A stretch of 64,000 nt of DNA, from positions 64,001 through 128,000 of IMG/VR virus record IMGVR_UViG_3300045971_000149; one strand, written 5' to 3'. A model generated the notes under the pieces. That model saw only the letters and a list, made by a program, of their open reading frames with translations, searched no databases and was not told where the DNA came from. Positions within the stretch are counted from its first letter, which is position 1. Every line of letters begins with the position of its first letter. Shown here piece by piece: positions 37,412-46,480 of this stretch. The translations under genes and the position numbers were made by a program. Source of the stretch: a virus.

Positions 37412-37831
37412 ATGAGTGACTATATCTTACAAGACATTACTAAAATTGAAAAAGAAGAAATTTACGTCAAAGCACTGCGTACTCCTATCACTCGAGATAT
37501 CCAAGTAATACTCTCAGTATGTAAAGGTGTTACGGTATGGAAAGACGACGAAGTGCATGGCGGAGTGATGATGATAGGAAACCAATTGGTTGGGGCATCT
37601 ATGGGGCACGGAAAATGGGTTCCAGGTTGGCCACTTTTGATAAACTGGGCACATACTCAAGCAGATACGTTTGACGCTGTTATCCAAGATGAAAAAACTG
37701 CTGACCTAACAATAAAACTAGGTGCTGTATCTAAAGTATTACTTCCAAATGGGTTTTTCCGAGTAACATTTGAAAAATCACACACTGAGGAAGTATTGGC
37801 AACTATTGACCTATTTAATATTACCCCGTAA
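37412..37831 (+). CDS. hypothetical protein
   Basis: start MSDYILQ after AAGGA. Confidence 0.7.
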   Translation: MSDYILQDITKIEKEEIYVKALRTPITRDIQVILSVCKGVTVWKDDEVHGGVMMIGNQLVGASMGHGKWVPGWPLLINWAHTQADTFDAVIQDEKTADLTIKLGAVSKVLLPNGFFRVTFEKSHTEEVLATIDLFNITP

Positions 37832-37837
37832 AAACTT

Positions 37838-38284
37838 ATGGCATGCCGGATATTAATTATGGGCCTTCCGGGCTCGGGTAAAACCACACTTGCAAACTTG
37901 CTATCCAAAAGGTTGCAGGCAGATTGGTTTAATGCTGACGAAGTACGAAAGCAAAATGAAGATTGGGATTTTAGCATTACTGGTAGAATTAGACAAAGTG
38001 AACGTATGCGAGCATTATGTGATGCAAGCACAAAAGAGTTCGCTATTGCTGATTTTGTGTGTCCGTTGCCTGAAATGCGAGAAAACTTTTCAGCACATTG
38101 GACAATATGGCTTGACACAATACAAGAAAGCCGTTATACTGATACTAACAAAGCTTTTAACCCACCTAGTAGCTATGACTTTCGGCTTTCAACCCGAGAT
38201 GCAGAAATGTGGGCGTTATTCATTTCAGAATACATATTAGCTATAACAGCAGAAAGATGCGTGATTCGAACATCCGAAGTTTAG
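37838..38284 (+). CDS. cysC: adenylylsulfate kinase-like protein
   Basis: GLPGSGKTTLA, NADEVR, FSITGRIRQ, DFVCP. Confidence 0.75.
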   Translation: MACRILIMGLPGSGKTTLANLLSKRLQADWFNADEVRKQNEDWDFSITGRIRQSERMRALCDASTKEFAIADFVCPLPEMRENFSAHWTIWLDTIQESRYTDTNKAFNPPSSYDFRLSTRDAEMWALFISEYILAITAERCVIRTSEV

Positions 38285-38493
38285 CTAAAGCAGTTAGTTG
38301 GCGAGTAACTGGTACCGTTGATACTTTTATTATCAGTTGGTTCATTACAGGGCAACCGTTATTAGCTACTGGAATTGCACTAACAGAAATTATAACAAAA
38401 GTATTTTTGTTTTGGGTTCACGAACGAGCATGGAATAAAATAAATTGGGGAAGAGCAGATGTTGTACCAACCGTTAAAAACGCAAACGATTAA
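38257..38493 (+). CDS. DUF2061-like small membrane protein
   Basis: RSLAKAVSWR..GT...HERAWNKI.WG. Confidence 0.85.
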   Translation: MRDSNIRSLAKAVSWRVTGTVDTFIISWFITGQPLLATGIALTEIITKVFLFWVHERAWNKINWGRADVVPTVKNAND

Positions 38494-38704
38494 GCTTGCA
38501 CCAACCGAAACACTAGAATACAATGCCTTAACAGGTGTTGTATTTGTTCCACAGCTTGACTCCAAAATTTATCTACATTGGATGGCCGGCGACAAGATCC
38601 GTGCCACATTCACGATGACCTACTCTACTAGAGTAGAGGGCGAATTTAAAATTATAAATGGTTCTGGAAAAGAAACAAGCATTATGGTAATACCTCTCGA
38701 TTGA
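38459..38704 (+). CDS. hypothetical protein
   Basis: 81 aa ORF. Confidence 0.55.
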   Translation: MLYQPLKTQTIKLAPTETLEYNALTGVVFVPQLDSKIYLHWMAGDKIRATFTMTYSTRVEGEFKIINGSGKETSIMVIPLD

Positions 38705-38729
38705 CATCTGCTGTAAAACCTGTTATAAT
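38701..38729 (+). promoter_or_regulatory. sigma70 promoter
   Basis: TTGACA-17-TATAAT with extended -10 TG; ATG 6 nt downstream. Confidence 0.85.
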
Positions 38730-38735
38730 TAAAGC

Positions 38736-38915
38736 ATGAACAAAGAAATTAACGAATTGCAATTGCCCGTTGTTACAGATGCGCAGATAGAGCAATGGAA
38801 GTCTACTTGGGACGGAGTAAGTAATCCACCCGACTGGGTACATGCACATATGTTGAAACAAATTCAACAGTCAAATACTGACTGGAATGAAATTCAAAGA
38901 AAGTTTCATAAATGA
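38736..38915 (+). CDS. small hypothetical protein (59 aa)
   Basis: MNKEINELQLP...; ATGA overlap with next gene; not in ORF track. Confidence 0.65.
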   Translation: MNKEINELQLPVVTDAQIEQWKSTWDGVSNPPDWVHAHMLKQIQQSNTDWNEIQRKFHK

Positions 38916-39199
38916 AATTTACCGAATTAGTTGAGTCAGTATCTAGTCAGCAATCATTTATTGAGTTATCTAAAGAACTTAATGCGTTAACTATAGAATT
39001 AGTTAAATTTAATGATATAGTTAACGCAATTGGATACGATGCTGCTCGTAAGTTAATTCAACAACAAATCAATAATTCAATTAGTCGAGATTGGTATTAT
39101 AAGCTATTAGCAACTAGTAATCCTAAAACAAACCAACTGTTTAATAAATTAGTTTCGGCAAGAACTCAATTACAGGCTAAAATTAACTCAGGAGTATAA
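38912..39199 (+). CDS. hypothetical protein
   Basis: 95 aa, MKFTELVES start. Confidence 0.7.
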   Translation: MKFTELVESVSSQQSFIELSKELNALTIELVKFNDIVNAIGYDAARKLIQQQINNSISRDWYYKLLATSNPKTNQLFNKLVSARTQLQAKINSGV

Positions 39200-39200
39200 C

Positions 39201-40514
39201 TTGAACCAATGCTACAACATTATTCGTGAACTCGAAGCGGACAATAGCCGCCTTGCAAAAGAAGCTATTGTAGAACGCGAAGCCAAAGCAAACAATGTAG
39301 AGTTGTTCGAAGGCATTCGACTTGCATGTGACAACCTTATCACTTTCGGTGTTAAGAAGATCCCTACACACAGTGGCCCTGATGGTCAAGGCCTACCTTG
39401 GGTTGCATTTAAAGAATTGCTACAATATCTACGAGTACGTGAATTGACAGGCGACGCTGCTCGCGAGGCTATTGAACTAGCACTTACTGTAAGCACACAA
39501 GCACAATGGAATGATTGGTACCGCCGTATCCTTATTAAGGACCTGCGTTGCGGTATGAGCGAGTCTACAGTAAATCGTGTGTGCGAAAAGAACTACCCAC
39601 AGTTCGCTATCCCTGTATTTGAATGCCAACTTGCACACGATGGCGCAAAGCACGAAAAGAAAGTTAAGGGTAAGAAGATCCTTGACGGCAAGCTTGACGG
39701 TGTACGTTGCTTAACTGTTATTAATATGGAAAGCCGCACTGTACAACAGTTTACTCGAAATGGTCAACCGTTGGATAACTTCGGACACATCACGGCAGGA
39801 CTAGAAGCAAACATTGCAGCCTTTGATCGTAGCTGGGTGCTGGACGGCGAGATGACAGGTGCGTCCTTCCAGAAGTTAATGACTCAAGTTAAACGTAAGA
39901 GCGATGTGCAAACAACTGACTCTGTTCTTAACTTGTTTGATATGATTCCACTTAGCGAATTTCAGAACGGCAAAAGTGTTATGGGACAGAAGCGCCGTAG
40001 TGCGTTGCTGAAGTCCATGCAGCCTGTATTTGATAAAGCCGGTAGCATTGTAGTTGTTGATCAAATCGAAGTTGATTTGGACACTGAAGAAGGGCAGATA
40101 GTGTTCAAGCAATTCAACAAAGATGCACTAAAGGCAGGACTTGAAGGAATTATGATCAAGGATCCTAATGCACCTTACGAATGTAAGCGCAGTGTAGCAT
40201 GGTTGAAGCAAAAGCCGTTTATCGAAGTTTCATTGGAGATTATTGATGTTGAAGAAGGTACTGGAAAAAATGTCGGACGCTTGGGCGCGTTTGTATGCTC
40301 CGGCGAAGATGATGGAGTCCTCATTACCGTCAACGTTGGCAGCGGATTTACTGATGAACAGCGGATTGAATTCTGGAATAGTCGCAACACCCTACCCGGA
40401 CAAATTGTTGAAGTCCGAGCTGACGCAATTACCCAAAACCAAGACGGAACCTACAGTTTGAGATTCCCTCGCTTTCTTCGCTTCCGCGGATTTGTTGCCG
40501 GACAGAAAATATGA
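39201..40514 (+). CDS. lig: ATP-dependent DNA ligase
   Basis: KLDGVR, LDGE, EGIMIKD, WLKQKP, VGSGF, LRFPRF; TTG start after AGGAG. Confidence 0.95.
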   Translation: MNQCYNIIRELEADNSRLAKEAIVEREAKANNVELFEGIRLACDNLITFGVKKIPTHSGPDGQGLPWVAFKELLQYLRVRELTGDAAREAIELALTVSTQAQWNDWYRRILIKDLRCGMSESTVNRVCEKNYPQFAIPVFECQLAHDGAKHEKKVKGKKILDGKLDGVRCLTVINMESRTVQQFTRNGQPLDNFGHITAGLEANIAAFDRSWVLDGEMTGASFQKLMTQVKRKSDVQTTDSVLNLFDMIPLSEFQNGKSVMGQKRRSALLKSMQPVFDKAGSIVVVDQIEVDLDTEEGQIVFKQFNKDALKAGLEGIMIKDPNAPYECKRSVAWLKQKPFIEVSLEIIDVEEGTGKNVGRLGAFVCSGEDDGVLITVNVGSGFTDEQRIEFWNSRNTLPGQIVEVRADAITQNQDGTYSLRFPRFLRFRGFVAGQKI

Positions 40515-40747
40515 TTGAAACAAGTTGGTTGTATGTACCAATGATGGCTTACGGCAAAGAACGCCGTAAGTTCATTAAAGATTGGTTTACTGCAAATCCT
40601 GAGGGAAGGTACTGTGTTAACACAAAGTATCGTCCTCAGGTTAAAGAAGATTCTGATTTGAAGAAACTAATCCGTGTTGGATTCCTAAAGCAAAAGCGTA
40701 TGCACACAAACAGATCACACGCACGTTCTTATTTGGTGAAAGCATGA
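40511..40747 (+). CDS. hypothetical protein
   Basis: 78 aa, ATGA coupling. Confidence 0.7.
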   Translation: MIETSWLYVPMMAYGKERRKFIKDWFTANPEGRYCVNTKYRPQVKEDSDLKKLIRVGFLKQKRMHTNRSHARSYLVKA

Positions 40748-40942
40748 CTCTGATAGCGACTGCCCGTACTATAATGGCCGATCCTATTAAGTTTACAAAC
40801 TTAGAGATTCAGGATTTACTGCGCGATTTGATTGCAGAAAACGAAAATCTTCGCAGGGCAAATCTTGATTGTTGATCACTATGAAGATGCTGTTGCCGAA
40901 CTACAACGACTACAAGCAACAGGTGCGGGAGATACTCCGTGA
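40744..40942 (+). pseudogene. frameshifted small gene (or sequence error)
   Basis: MTLIATART...RRANLDC* then DHYEDAVAELQRLQ...TP* in another frame; both ends coupled to neighbouring genes. Confidence 0.5.
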
Positions 40943-41166
40943 CTGATGACCTATCTCCAGAAGGCATTAACCGTAAGCACGGTAAGCCTACATGGCGATG
41001 CTGGGGATGCAAGGCCGAAACGGGATTGCACTGGCACTACGGATTATCAGTCGCTATGTGCAACAATCCCGAGTGTGGAAAAGCGTATAATGAAATGTGC
41101 AGGCAACAAGAAGAAGCGCAAGCTTCGTACGAAGCGTATTGCAGAGAGGTGTTCGGTGAATATTGA
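40939..41166 (+). CDS. Zn-ribbon hypothetical protein
   Basis: CWGC...CNNPEC. Confidence 0.7.
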   Translation: MTDDLSPEGINRKHGKPTWRCWGCKAETGLHWHYGLSVAMCNNPECGKAYNEMCRQQEEAQASYEAYCREVFGEY

Positions 41167-41311
41167 ATTTATTAGAGCAGCGTTAGGTTATCACGACCTA
41201 ATGTCCTGGTTTGGACAACCTATGTTATATGATGGTGGGCTGTGTGTTAATCGAACACTTGAAGATCATGTTGAACACAACAAACACCCTAACTCAAGGT
41301 TAATGGTATGA
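41156..41311 (+). CDS. small hypothetical protein
   Basis: GTG start after GAGG, MNIEFIRAALG. Confidence 0.55.
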   Translation: MNIEFIRAALGYHDLMSWFGQPMLYDGGLCVNRTLEDHVEHNKHPNSRLMV

Positions 41312-41329
41312 CACTCGAAGACCTACAAA

Positions 41330-41545
41330 ATGAACGTTCGAACTAGAAAACTTGCAGCCAGTGCCGGCATTGATATTAGGCATATTGAAAAACATGCAGA
41401 TGAAGAGTTTGCTGACAACTTGGAAAAATTTGCCAAGTTGCTCATTGAAGAATGCATGGGCAAGATGTCCGTGGAGTTTATCGAGCACAGTATGATAGAT
41501 GTTGCTATTACTAATACTACCGAATACTTTGGAATTGAAGAATGA
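41330..41545 (+). CDS. hypothetical protein
   Basis: LEKFAKLLIEEC...YFGIEE; similar to 42695-42910. Confidence 0.75.
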   Translation: MNVRTRKLAASAGIDIRHIEKHADEEFADNLEKFAKLLIEECMGKMSVEFIEHSMIDVAITNTTEYFGIEE

Positions 41546-42000
41546 AAATCGCAGATCCTTACAAAGAATTGAATATCTTAGCATTTCAAGATCCACAGCC
41601 CGGAGACTTCTGGTTGGAACGGTGTTATTGCCCTTACTTTATTATAGTATCTGCGGATCAAAAGAATGATAGCTACACTGTGTTAAGTTGCATGGGTGGC
41701 CCAAACTCTTTTAACCGAAAAGAAGAACTGTACGCCAAGAAAGAAAACAACGACGGCACTTGGGAGTTTGACTACTCTAAGCACATGGTTGTGAATTTTG
41801 CCTGGATTAAGAAAGCTGTGAAGTATGATTCTATCGACGGCTTTGTAGCAGATGTTACCCGAAGTGAACGCAATAACACTATTGTAAAAGAGTGGACTGA
41901 ATACCAGACTGATAAGCTTCTAAGAGAGCTTAAGGCGTTAGGTCCTGTTGCAACTATGCATATGTATAGGACTCTAGGCTATCAAAAGGAAGAAGCATGA
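41542..42000 (+). CDS. hypothetical protein
   Basis: 152 aa, ATGA coupling. Confidence 0.75.
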   Translation: MKIADPYKELNILAFQDPQPGDFWLERCYCPYFIIVSADQKNDSYTVLSCMGGPNSFNRKEELYAKKENNDGTWEFDYSKHMVVNFAWIKKAVKYDSIDGFVADVTRSERNNTIVKEWTEYQTDKLLRELKALGPVATMHMYRTLGYQKEEA

Positions 42001-42206
42001 CACCTACTGAAAAAGAAGCTGCAATGATATTGCTCGATAAAGGATGGTCCACTACTGCTGTAGCAATGCAATTTGGCGGCCCTGTTGGCACACTAGAGTA
42101 CTATCAATGTATAGATGACCTGGGCTGCGAGCTGCATACTGGCTGTCCTCGCTGCGGCGCAAAGTATTGTTTCGGCACAGGCGATTGTAACTGCGGAGAA
42201 GACTAA
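41997..42206 (+). CDS. Cys-rich hypothetical protein
   Basis: CPRCGAKYC...CNC. Confidence 0.65.
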   Translation: MTPTEKEAAMILLDKGWSTTAVAMQFGGPVGTLEYYQCIDDLGCELHTGCPRCGAKYCFGTGDCNCGED

Positions 42207-42487
42207 TGGGTGCATTTGACGGATACTGGGGCTGGGGCGGCAATAGCAATAGCTTTACCGGTGTTAGCAAGCGAGCAATTTATCCATACTTTAGCAATCA
42301 ATCATCGTTCGAATTCTTTAAAGGATTTGAGATGCCCGAGCTAAAGGCACTGTTAGCAGAAGCAGAGCGAGATGGTGATGACACTATATGGGTCCCGCAA
42401 GAACAACCAGGCCAAGGCCGCAAGGGATTAAAGACTTGGTATGTTAGAGCGTTAATTAAGGAATACGATGACACCGGCACAAATTAA
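42206..42487 (+). CDS. hypothetical protein
   Basis: 93 aa, GGAG RBS. Confidence 0.7.
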   Translation: MGAFDGYWGWGGNSNSFTGVSKRAIYPYFSNQSSFEFFKGFEMPELKALLAEAERDGDDTIWVPQEQPGQGRKGLKTWYVRALIKEYDDTGTN

Positions 42488-42698
42488 CAAGCGGCGCGAA
42501 CAAATCGAAAAACATCTGAAACGTTGGCAAGCAGGGCTAGGCGGGTTGCAAGATATGTGTCCTCACTTCAACGCAACACACAAGAACGGCGCAAACACTG
42601 GGAATTGGGATAGAAGTGATGACTGCTATTGGACAGACCACGTCTGTCCTGACTGTGGTAAGCATTGGACAACTGATCAAGATTGGGATAGAAAATGA
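42468..42698 (+). CDS. Zn-ribbon hypothetical protein
   Basis: CPH...CPDCGK. Confidence 0.7.
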   Translation: MTPAQINKRREQIEKHLKRWQAGLGGLQDMCPHFNATHKNGANTGNWDRSDDCYWTDHVCPDCGKHWTTDQDWDRK

Positions 42699-42910
42699 CC
42701 GACGAACTTAAAGGCAAAGCATTTGTTGAACAAGCAAAACAATACGCAAGAGATCGAATGAATCACAGCCTGGTGCCGGAGTTATTTTCTGCCGCCGTTT
42801 TCGAACAACGTCTTGTAGAATTAATTGTGCGCGATTGTCTAAAGCAACTGGAAACTGGGGATCTAGATTTTGCAATCTGGAAAATAAAGAAAGACTACGG
42901 AGTAGAATAA
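42695..42910 (+). CDS. hypothetical protein
   Basis: ELIVRDC...YGVE. Confidence 0.7.
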   Translation: MTDELKGKAFVEQAKQYARDRMNHSLVPELFSAAVFEQRLVELIVRDCLKQLETGDLDFAIWKIKKDYGVE

Positions 42911-43122
42911 TGATCGAAGAATTTCCAATGGAAGACGATGAGCATGGTGAAAAAATATTTGAACTACAGCAAGAGAACAATAAATTGCGTGGGCAAATTA
43001 CATACCTACAAGAAGAACTATCTTGTGTAGAAGATGAGTTAGACAAAGTACGCGATAGTTATGAACGACAAATCGAATCGCTTGAACAACAGCTAGGCGA
43101 TGCCTTATACGGAAGAGAATAA
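42910..43122 (+). CDS. coiled-coil hypothetical protein
   Basis: start MIEEFPM after GGAG. Confidence 0.65.
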   Translation: MIEEFPMEDDEHGEKIFELQQENNKLRGQITYLQEELSCVEDELDKVRDSYERQIESLEQQLGDALYGRE

Positions 43123-43436
43123 TGACACTAGACGAAATGGCAGAAGAAGTACATACTGAAATGCACAAAGGAATGTCAGTTGAAGCTCTCAACGAGTTCT
43201 TTATGTCAGGATGGGGCAGCGGCACACTTACTCACTATCATACAGGTTTGGGCCGATATATCCGTAATAAGTATAAGCTGTGGGCTACACATTGGGTGGC
43301 AGAGGTAGCAGAGACTGCAAACGGTGCTGATTGTTCACCTAATCACCCAGATCAGGTAAGTATGACTATAATAAAAGAAATATGGAAGAAAGGCTTCCAA
43401 CAACATAAACTAGGAGATAGTAAGCAACGTGGCTAA
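43122..43436 (+). CDS. hypothetical protein
   Basis: [16 protein letters not shown]...HPDQVS. Confidence 0.75.
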   Translation: MTLDEMAEEVHTEMHKGMSVEALNEFFMSGWGSGTLTHYHTGLGRYIRNKYKLWATHWVAEVAETANGADCSPNHPDQVSMTIIKEIWKKGFQQHKLGDSKQRG

Positions 43437-43650
43437 TAAAAGCGATGTCCTTGAATTGGACGGTGTAGTAGAAGAATGCCTCCCGAACGCAATGTTTAGG
43501 GTAAGGATAACTGAAAGTCATTTAGTGACAGCAGTTGTAAGTGGTAGAATGCGCCAGAACCGCATTCAAATCTTGTTAGGCGACAAGGTTAAACTAGAAG
43601 TTAGCACGTATGACTTAACAAAGGGCCGAGTAACTTATCGGTCAAAATAA
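43429..43650 (+). CDS. infA: translation initiation factor IF-1
   Basis: [18 protein letters not shown]...[31 protein letters not shown]. Confidence 0.95.
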   Translation: MANKSDVLELDGVVEECLPNAMFRVRITESHLVTAVVSGRMRQNRIQILLGDKVKLEVSTYDLTKGRVTYRSK

Positions 43651-43673
43651 AAGGAGCATTTCTGCTCCTTTTT
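43649..43673. terminator. bidirectional intrinsic terminator
   Basis: AAAAGGAGCA-tttc-TGCTCCTTTTT between convergent genes. Confidence 0.8.
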
Positions 43674-44184
43674 ATCCCAAATACTGTTCCCAGCTAGGGT
43701 ATTGAAGATCAAACTTCATCACCTTTCGCTTTTCTACGAGTTCCCAGTAGGAAGCCTTGTATGGCTTAGCCTTTGGAATAATCTTCTTGTTGTTACCTTT
43801 GTTGCTGTTGCAAGGGCCGCAAGAAGTAGTAGAGTTTTCCCATGTGCTCTTACCGTCGTGACTAACAGGCACAACGTGGTCTAACGTTGCAGTCTTGCGA
43901 GTCACTGGTGTGTGGCAGTATTGGCAAACATATCCGTCACGAAGGAATACGTTTTGCTTACTGTAGCGAACGTATGACTTCTTCTTGTAGTATTTCTTCA
44001 GCATGATAACAGAAGGAACACGAGTTTGCCAGTTTGCACTGTGGACGATCCAGTCTTCGTGCCATTCCAACACGACAACTTTATCCGATACTAGATACTG
44101 GATCGCGTCCTGCCATGAGATGGCACTAAGTGGCAGTAATGACACTGGGCTTGCGTCTGAATTTAGTAGTAAACAGGCTGACAT
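43672..44184 (-). CDS. HNH endonuclease (McrA-like)
   Basis: VFLRDGYVCQYC, TLDHVVP, WEN...CGPCNSNKG. Confidence 0.9.
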   Translation of the reverse strand: MSACLLLNSDASPVSLLPLSAISWQDAIQYLVSDKVVVLEWHEDWIVHSANWQTRVPSVIMLKKYYKKKSYVRYSKQNVFLRDGYVCQYCHTPVTRKTATLDHVVPVSHDGKSTWENSTTSCGPCNSNKGNNKKIIPKAKPYKASYWELVEKRKVMKFDLQYPSWEQYLG

Positions 44185-44242
44185 GATTTCTCTCTTTTTC
44201 TATATTTATAGTTGCATAGATACAATTATTATACTATAATTA

Positions 44243-45055
44243 ATGTATATGAGCAAGCTTTTAATTACGGGGAACCGGGGGTGGATTGGTAAAAACTTTA
44301 CCAAACTGTTAGATATTTACAACATTCCGTGGGCAGGAGTTGATAGACTGGACGGACATTGGCTTGGGCCAAGTATGAAGGATATTTTGGAGGTAATCGA
44401 TGAATGTGACATTGTAGTGCATCTTGCAGCGACTCCTAGAATACCCGCAAGTTGGACTGATTCTAATAGATACCGTGACAATAATGTAGGCGTTACGGAT
44501 CAACTTGCTCGCATCTGTGCAGAGCATCAAAAGCATTTAGTGTTTGCAAGCTCAAGCAGTGTATACGGAGACGGAGAAGGACCACTTAACCCGTACTCTT
44601 GGACTAAATTAGCATGCGAGGAAAGCATCAAAATGCATTCTCGAGGTATGGGCATGCAATACACTATCTTACGTATCTTTACAAACTACGGTGAGGACGA
44701 TCCTAGCGGGCTTGTTATCAATCGCTGGATCAATGCATACAAGGGCGGCACTCCTTTACTTCTACGAGGTGATGGTAGCCAAAGTAGAGATTTTATACAT
44801 GTTAGTGATACTGCTCGTGCATTAATGGAAGTATGCATACAACGTCCAATAAATGTTACATTAGATATTGGAACAGGAAAGTCACACTCTTTAAAGAATC
44901 TAATTAGCATGTTTCCGTGTGATTACACTACTGAACCCGAGTTGCCAGGATATGCACATTCAACAAAAGCTAATTTAGAATACACCCAATCTCATATGGT
45001 ATGGTCCCCTATCACCCATATAGATCATTGGTTATCCTCTCAAATAGTAACATAG
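44243..45055 (+). CDS. NAD-dependent epimerase/dehydratase
   Basis: ITGNRGWIG, HLAA, ASSSSVYG, YSWTK, RDFIHV; TTGCAT-17-TATAAT upstream (true start may be 44249). Confidence 0.9.
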   Translation: MYMSKLLITGNRGWIGKNFTKLLDIYNIPWAGVDRLDGHWLGPSMKDILEVIDECDIVVHLAATPRIPASWTDSNRYRDNNVGVTDQLARICAEHQKHLVFASSSSVYGDGEGPLNPYSWTKLACEESIKMHSRGMGMQYTILRIFTNYGEDDPSGLVINRWINAYKGGTPLLLRGDGSQSRDFIHVSDTARALMEVCIQRPINVTLDIGTGKSHSLKNLISMFPCDYTTEPELPGYAHSTKANLEYTQSHMVWSPITHIDHWLSSQIVT

Positions 45056-45086
45056 ATTCAACTGTGCTATTTCTATAAATAGCACT

Positions 45087-45317
45087 ATGCTCCCAGAAAA
45101 ACCCTTATTAAAAGAAGTCGCACTAGACGCAAAAGCGATAAAAACCTCACGATCTGAAGAAATACAGATCGAGCGTCCCGATACTAGTATGACATTCATA
45201 CGTAACTTTATCTTAGGTATTCCGTTCCAAGAAGTTCGAGAAACGGCAGAGCCTGAACAGGTGTTACCAGAGCAACACGATCTAGATCATATTAAAAAAC
45301 TAGCAGGAATTAGATAA
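45087..45317 (+). CDS. small late protein
   Basis: ends LDHIKKLAGIR; TATAAATA 5 nt upstream. Confidence 0.65.
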   Translation: MLPEKPLLKEVALDAKAIKTSRSEEIQIERPDTSMTFIRNFILGIPFQEVRETAEPEQVLPEQHDLDHIKKLAGIR

Positions 45318-46435
45318 TGTCCATTAACTATGTAAACACCGGAACAAGCCCGAACAAAGGGAATGGCGACACATTAAGAACTGCATTTAATAAAATAAAT
45401 GCAAACTTTAGTTTCCTAAATACCGTAACTTCTGCGGATATTTCGTCGATAAAAGGAGATATCCTTCCAAATCTAGATGTAACTTATAGCCTGGGATCTC
45501 TTACTAAACACTGGAAGAGTCTGTATGTTAACACTGCTACCTTTAATACAGTATATGCTAATAGTGCTTCTATTAACTCTATTGTAATCAGTGGCTTTCC
45601 TTTAACTATAGATACCGCAAGTAATACAATAGTAATCGGCTCGATAACTTCGTCGACAACAAGTACTAGCCTTGCTACTCAAAGTTATGTTATAGAACAA
45701 ATTTTAGCGAATCCAGGAACAATAGGTCCTGTGGGGCCGCAAGGTCCTGCAGTCAGTACAGGACTACTTGTATTTGATGCCAGCGTAGGAATTGTTGGGG
45801 GGAATAACTTAGATCCTGCGTATCCGTATAATCTTATTCAATTAATTCCGAATAATGGTGTGTACGATATTAATAATCCGGTATTCGGTGGCAGCTTCCA
45901 GCAATCGGGTCAATTCTTAAATATCTATCCAGATACTGCAAATGCATTAGATCCTCGTATTCATATAGCAGCAGGTATAGGGGGCGATTTAGCAATAGGT
46001 ACCACACAAACAAATGTCCTAGTTAATCATCTAGGCAATATAAGTATCACTTCAATTAATCCTACAACAGGTACACACCATACTTGGAATTTTGGTGTGG
46101 ACGGTAGTTTAATTTTACCTATAGGCGGCACAATTACTGATAGCAGCGGAACAAATATACTGGCTAGCTATGTATTCGGTACTCCGTGGGCTCAGGCAGG
46201 GTACTTAACATCGAGCACGGTAAATCAATATGTAGTACATGCTACTACATCGACATTAGTTAACGGCACCTATACCATCGCACTTAACACAATCGGTGAA
46301 TTGGTATTCCCAGATGGTACGATACAAACTACAGCAAGCACAGGAACACAAACTGTAAATCTTGCAGTATTAAAGGCAGTAGTAGCAGCAAGCGTGTCGT
46401 TTGCGGATTTCCAAACATTGATAGCCAATCTATAA
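45317..46435 (+). CDS. virion structural/tail protein
   Basis: N-terminal NTGTSPNKGNGDTLRTAFNKINANF; short collagen-like GPVGPQGP. Confidence 0.75.
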   Translation: MSINYVNTGTSPNKGNGDTLRTAFNKINANFSFLNTVTSADISSIKGDILPNLDVTYSLGSLTKHWKSLYVNTATFNTVYANSASINSIVISGFPLTIDTASNTIVIGSITSSTTSTSLATQSYVIEQILANPGTIGPVGPQGPAVSTGLLVFDASVGIVGGNNLDPAYPYNLIQLIPNNGVYDINNPVFGGSFQQSGQFLNIYPDTANALDPRIHIAAGIGGDLAIGTTQTNVLVNHLGNISITSINPTTGTHHTWNFGVDGSLILPIGGTITDSSGTNILASYVFGTPWAQAGYLTSSTVNQYVVHATTSTLVNGTYTIALNTIGELVFPDGTIQTTASTGTQTVNLAVLKAVVAASVSFADFQTLIANL

Positions 46436-46480
46436 ATAACAAAGTATAAGAACAATACAGGTCTTATCTAAAAGGAAAAT

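Noticed and set aside
43672-44184. HNH gene as an intron-borne homing element
   Set aside because: It is free-standing with its own TAAATA box and terminator, and interrupts no gene.
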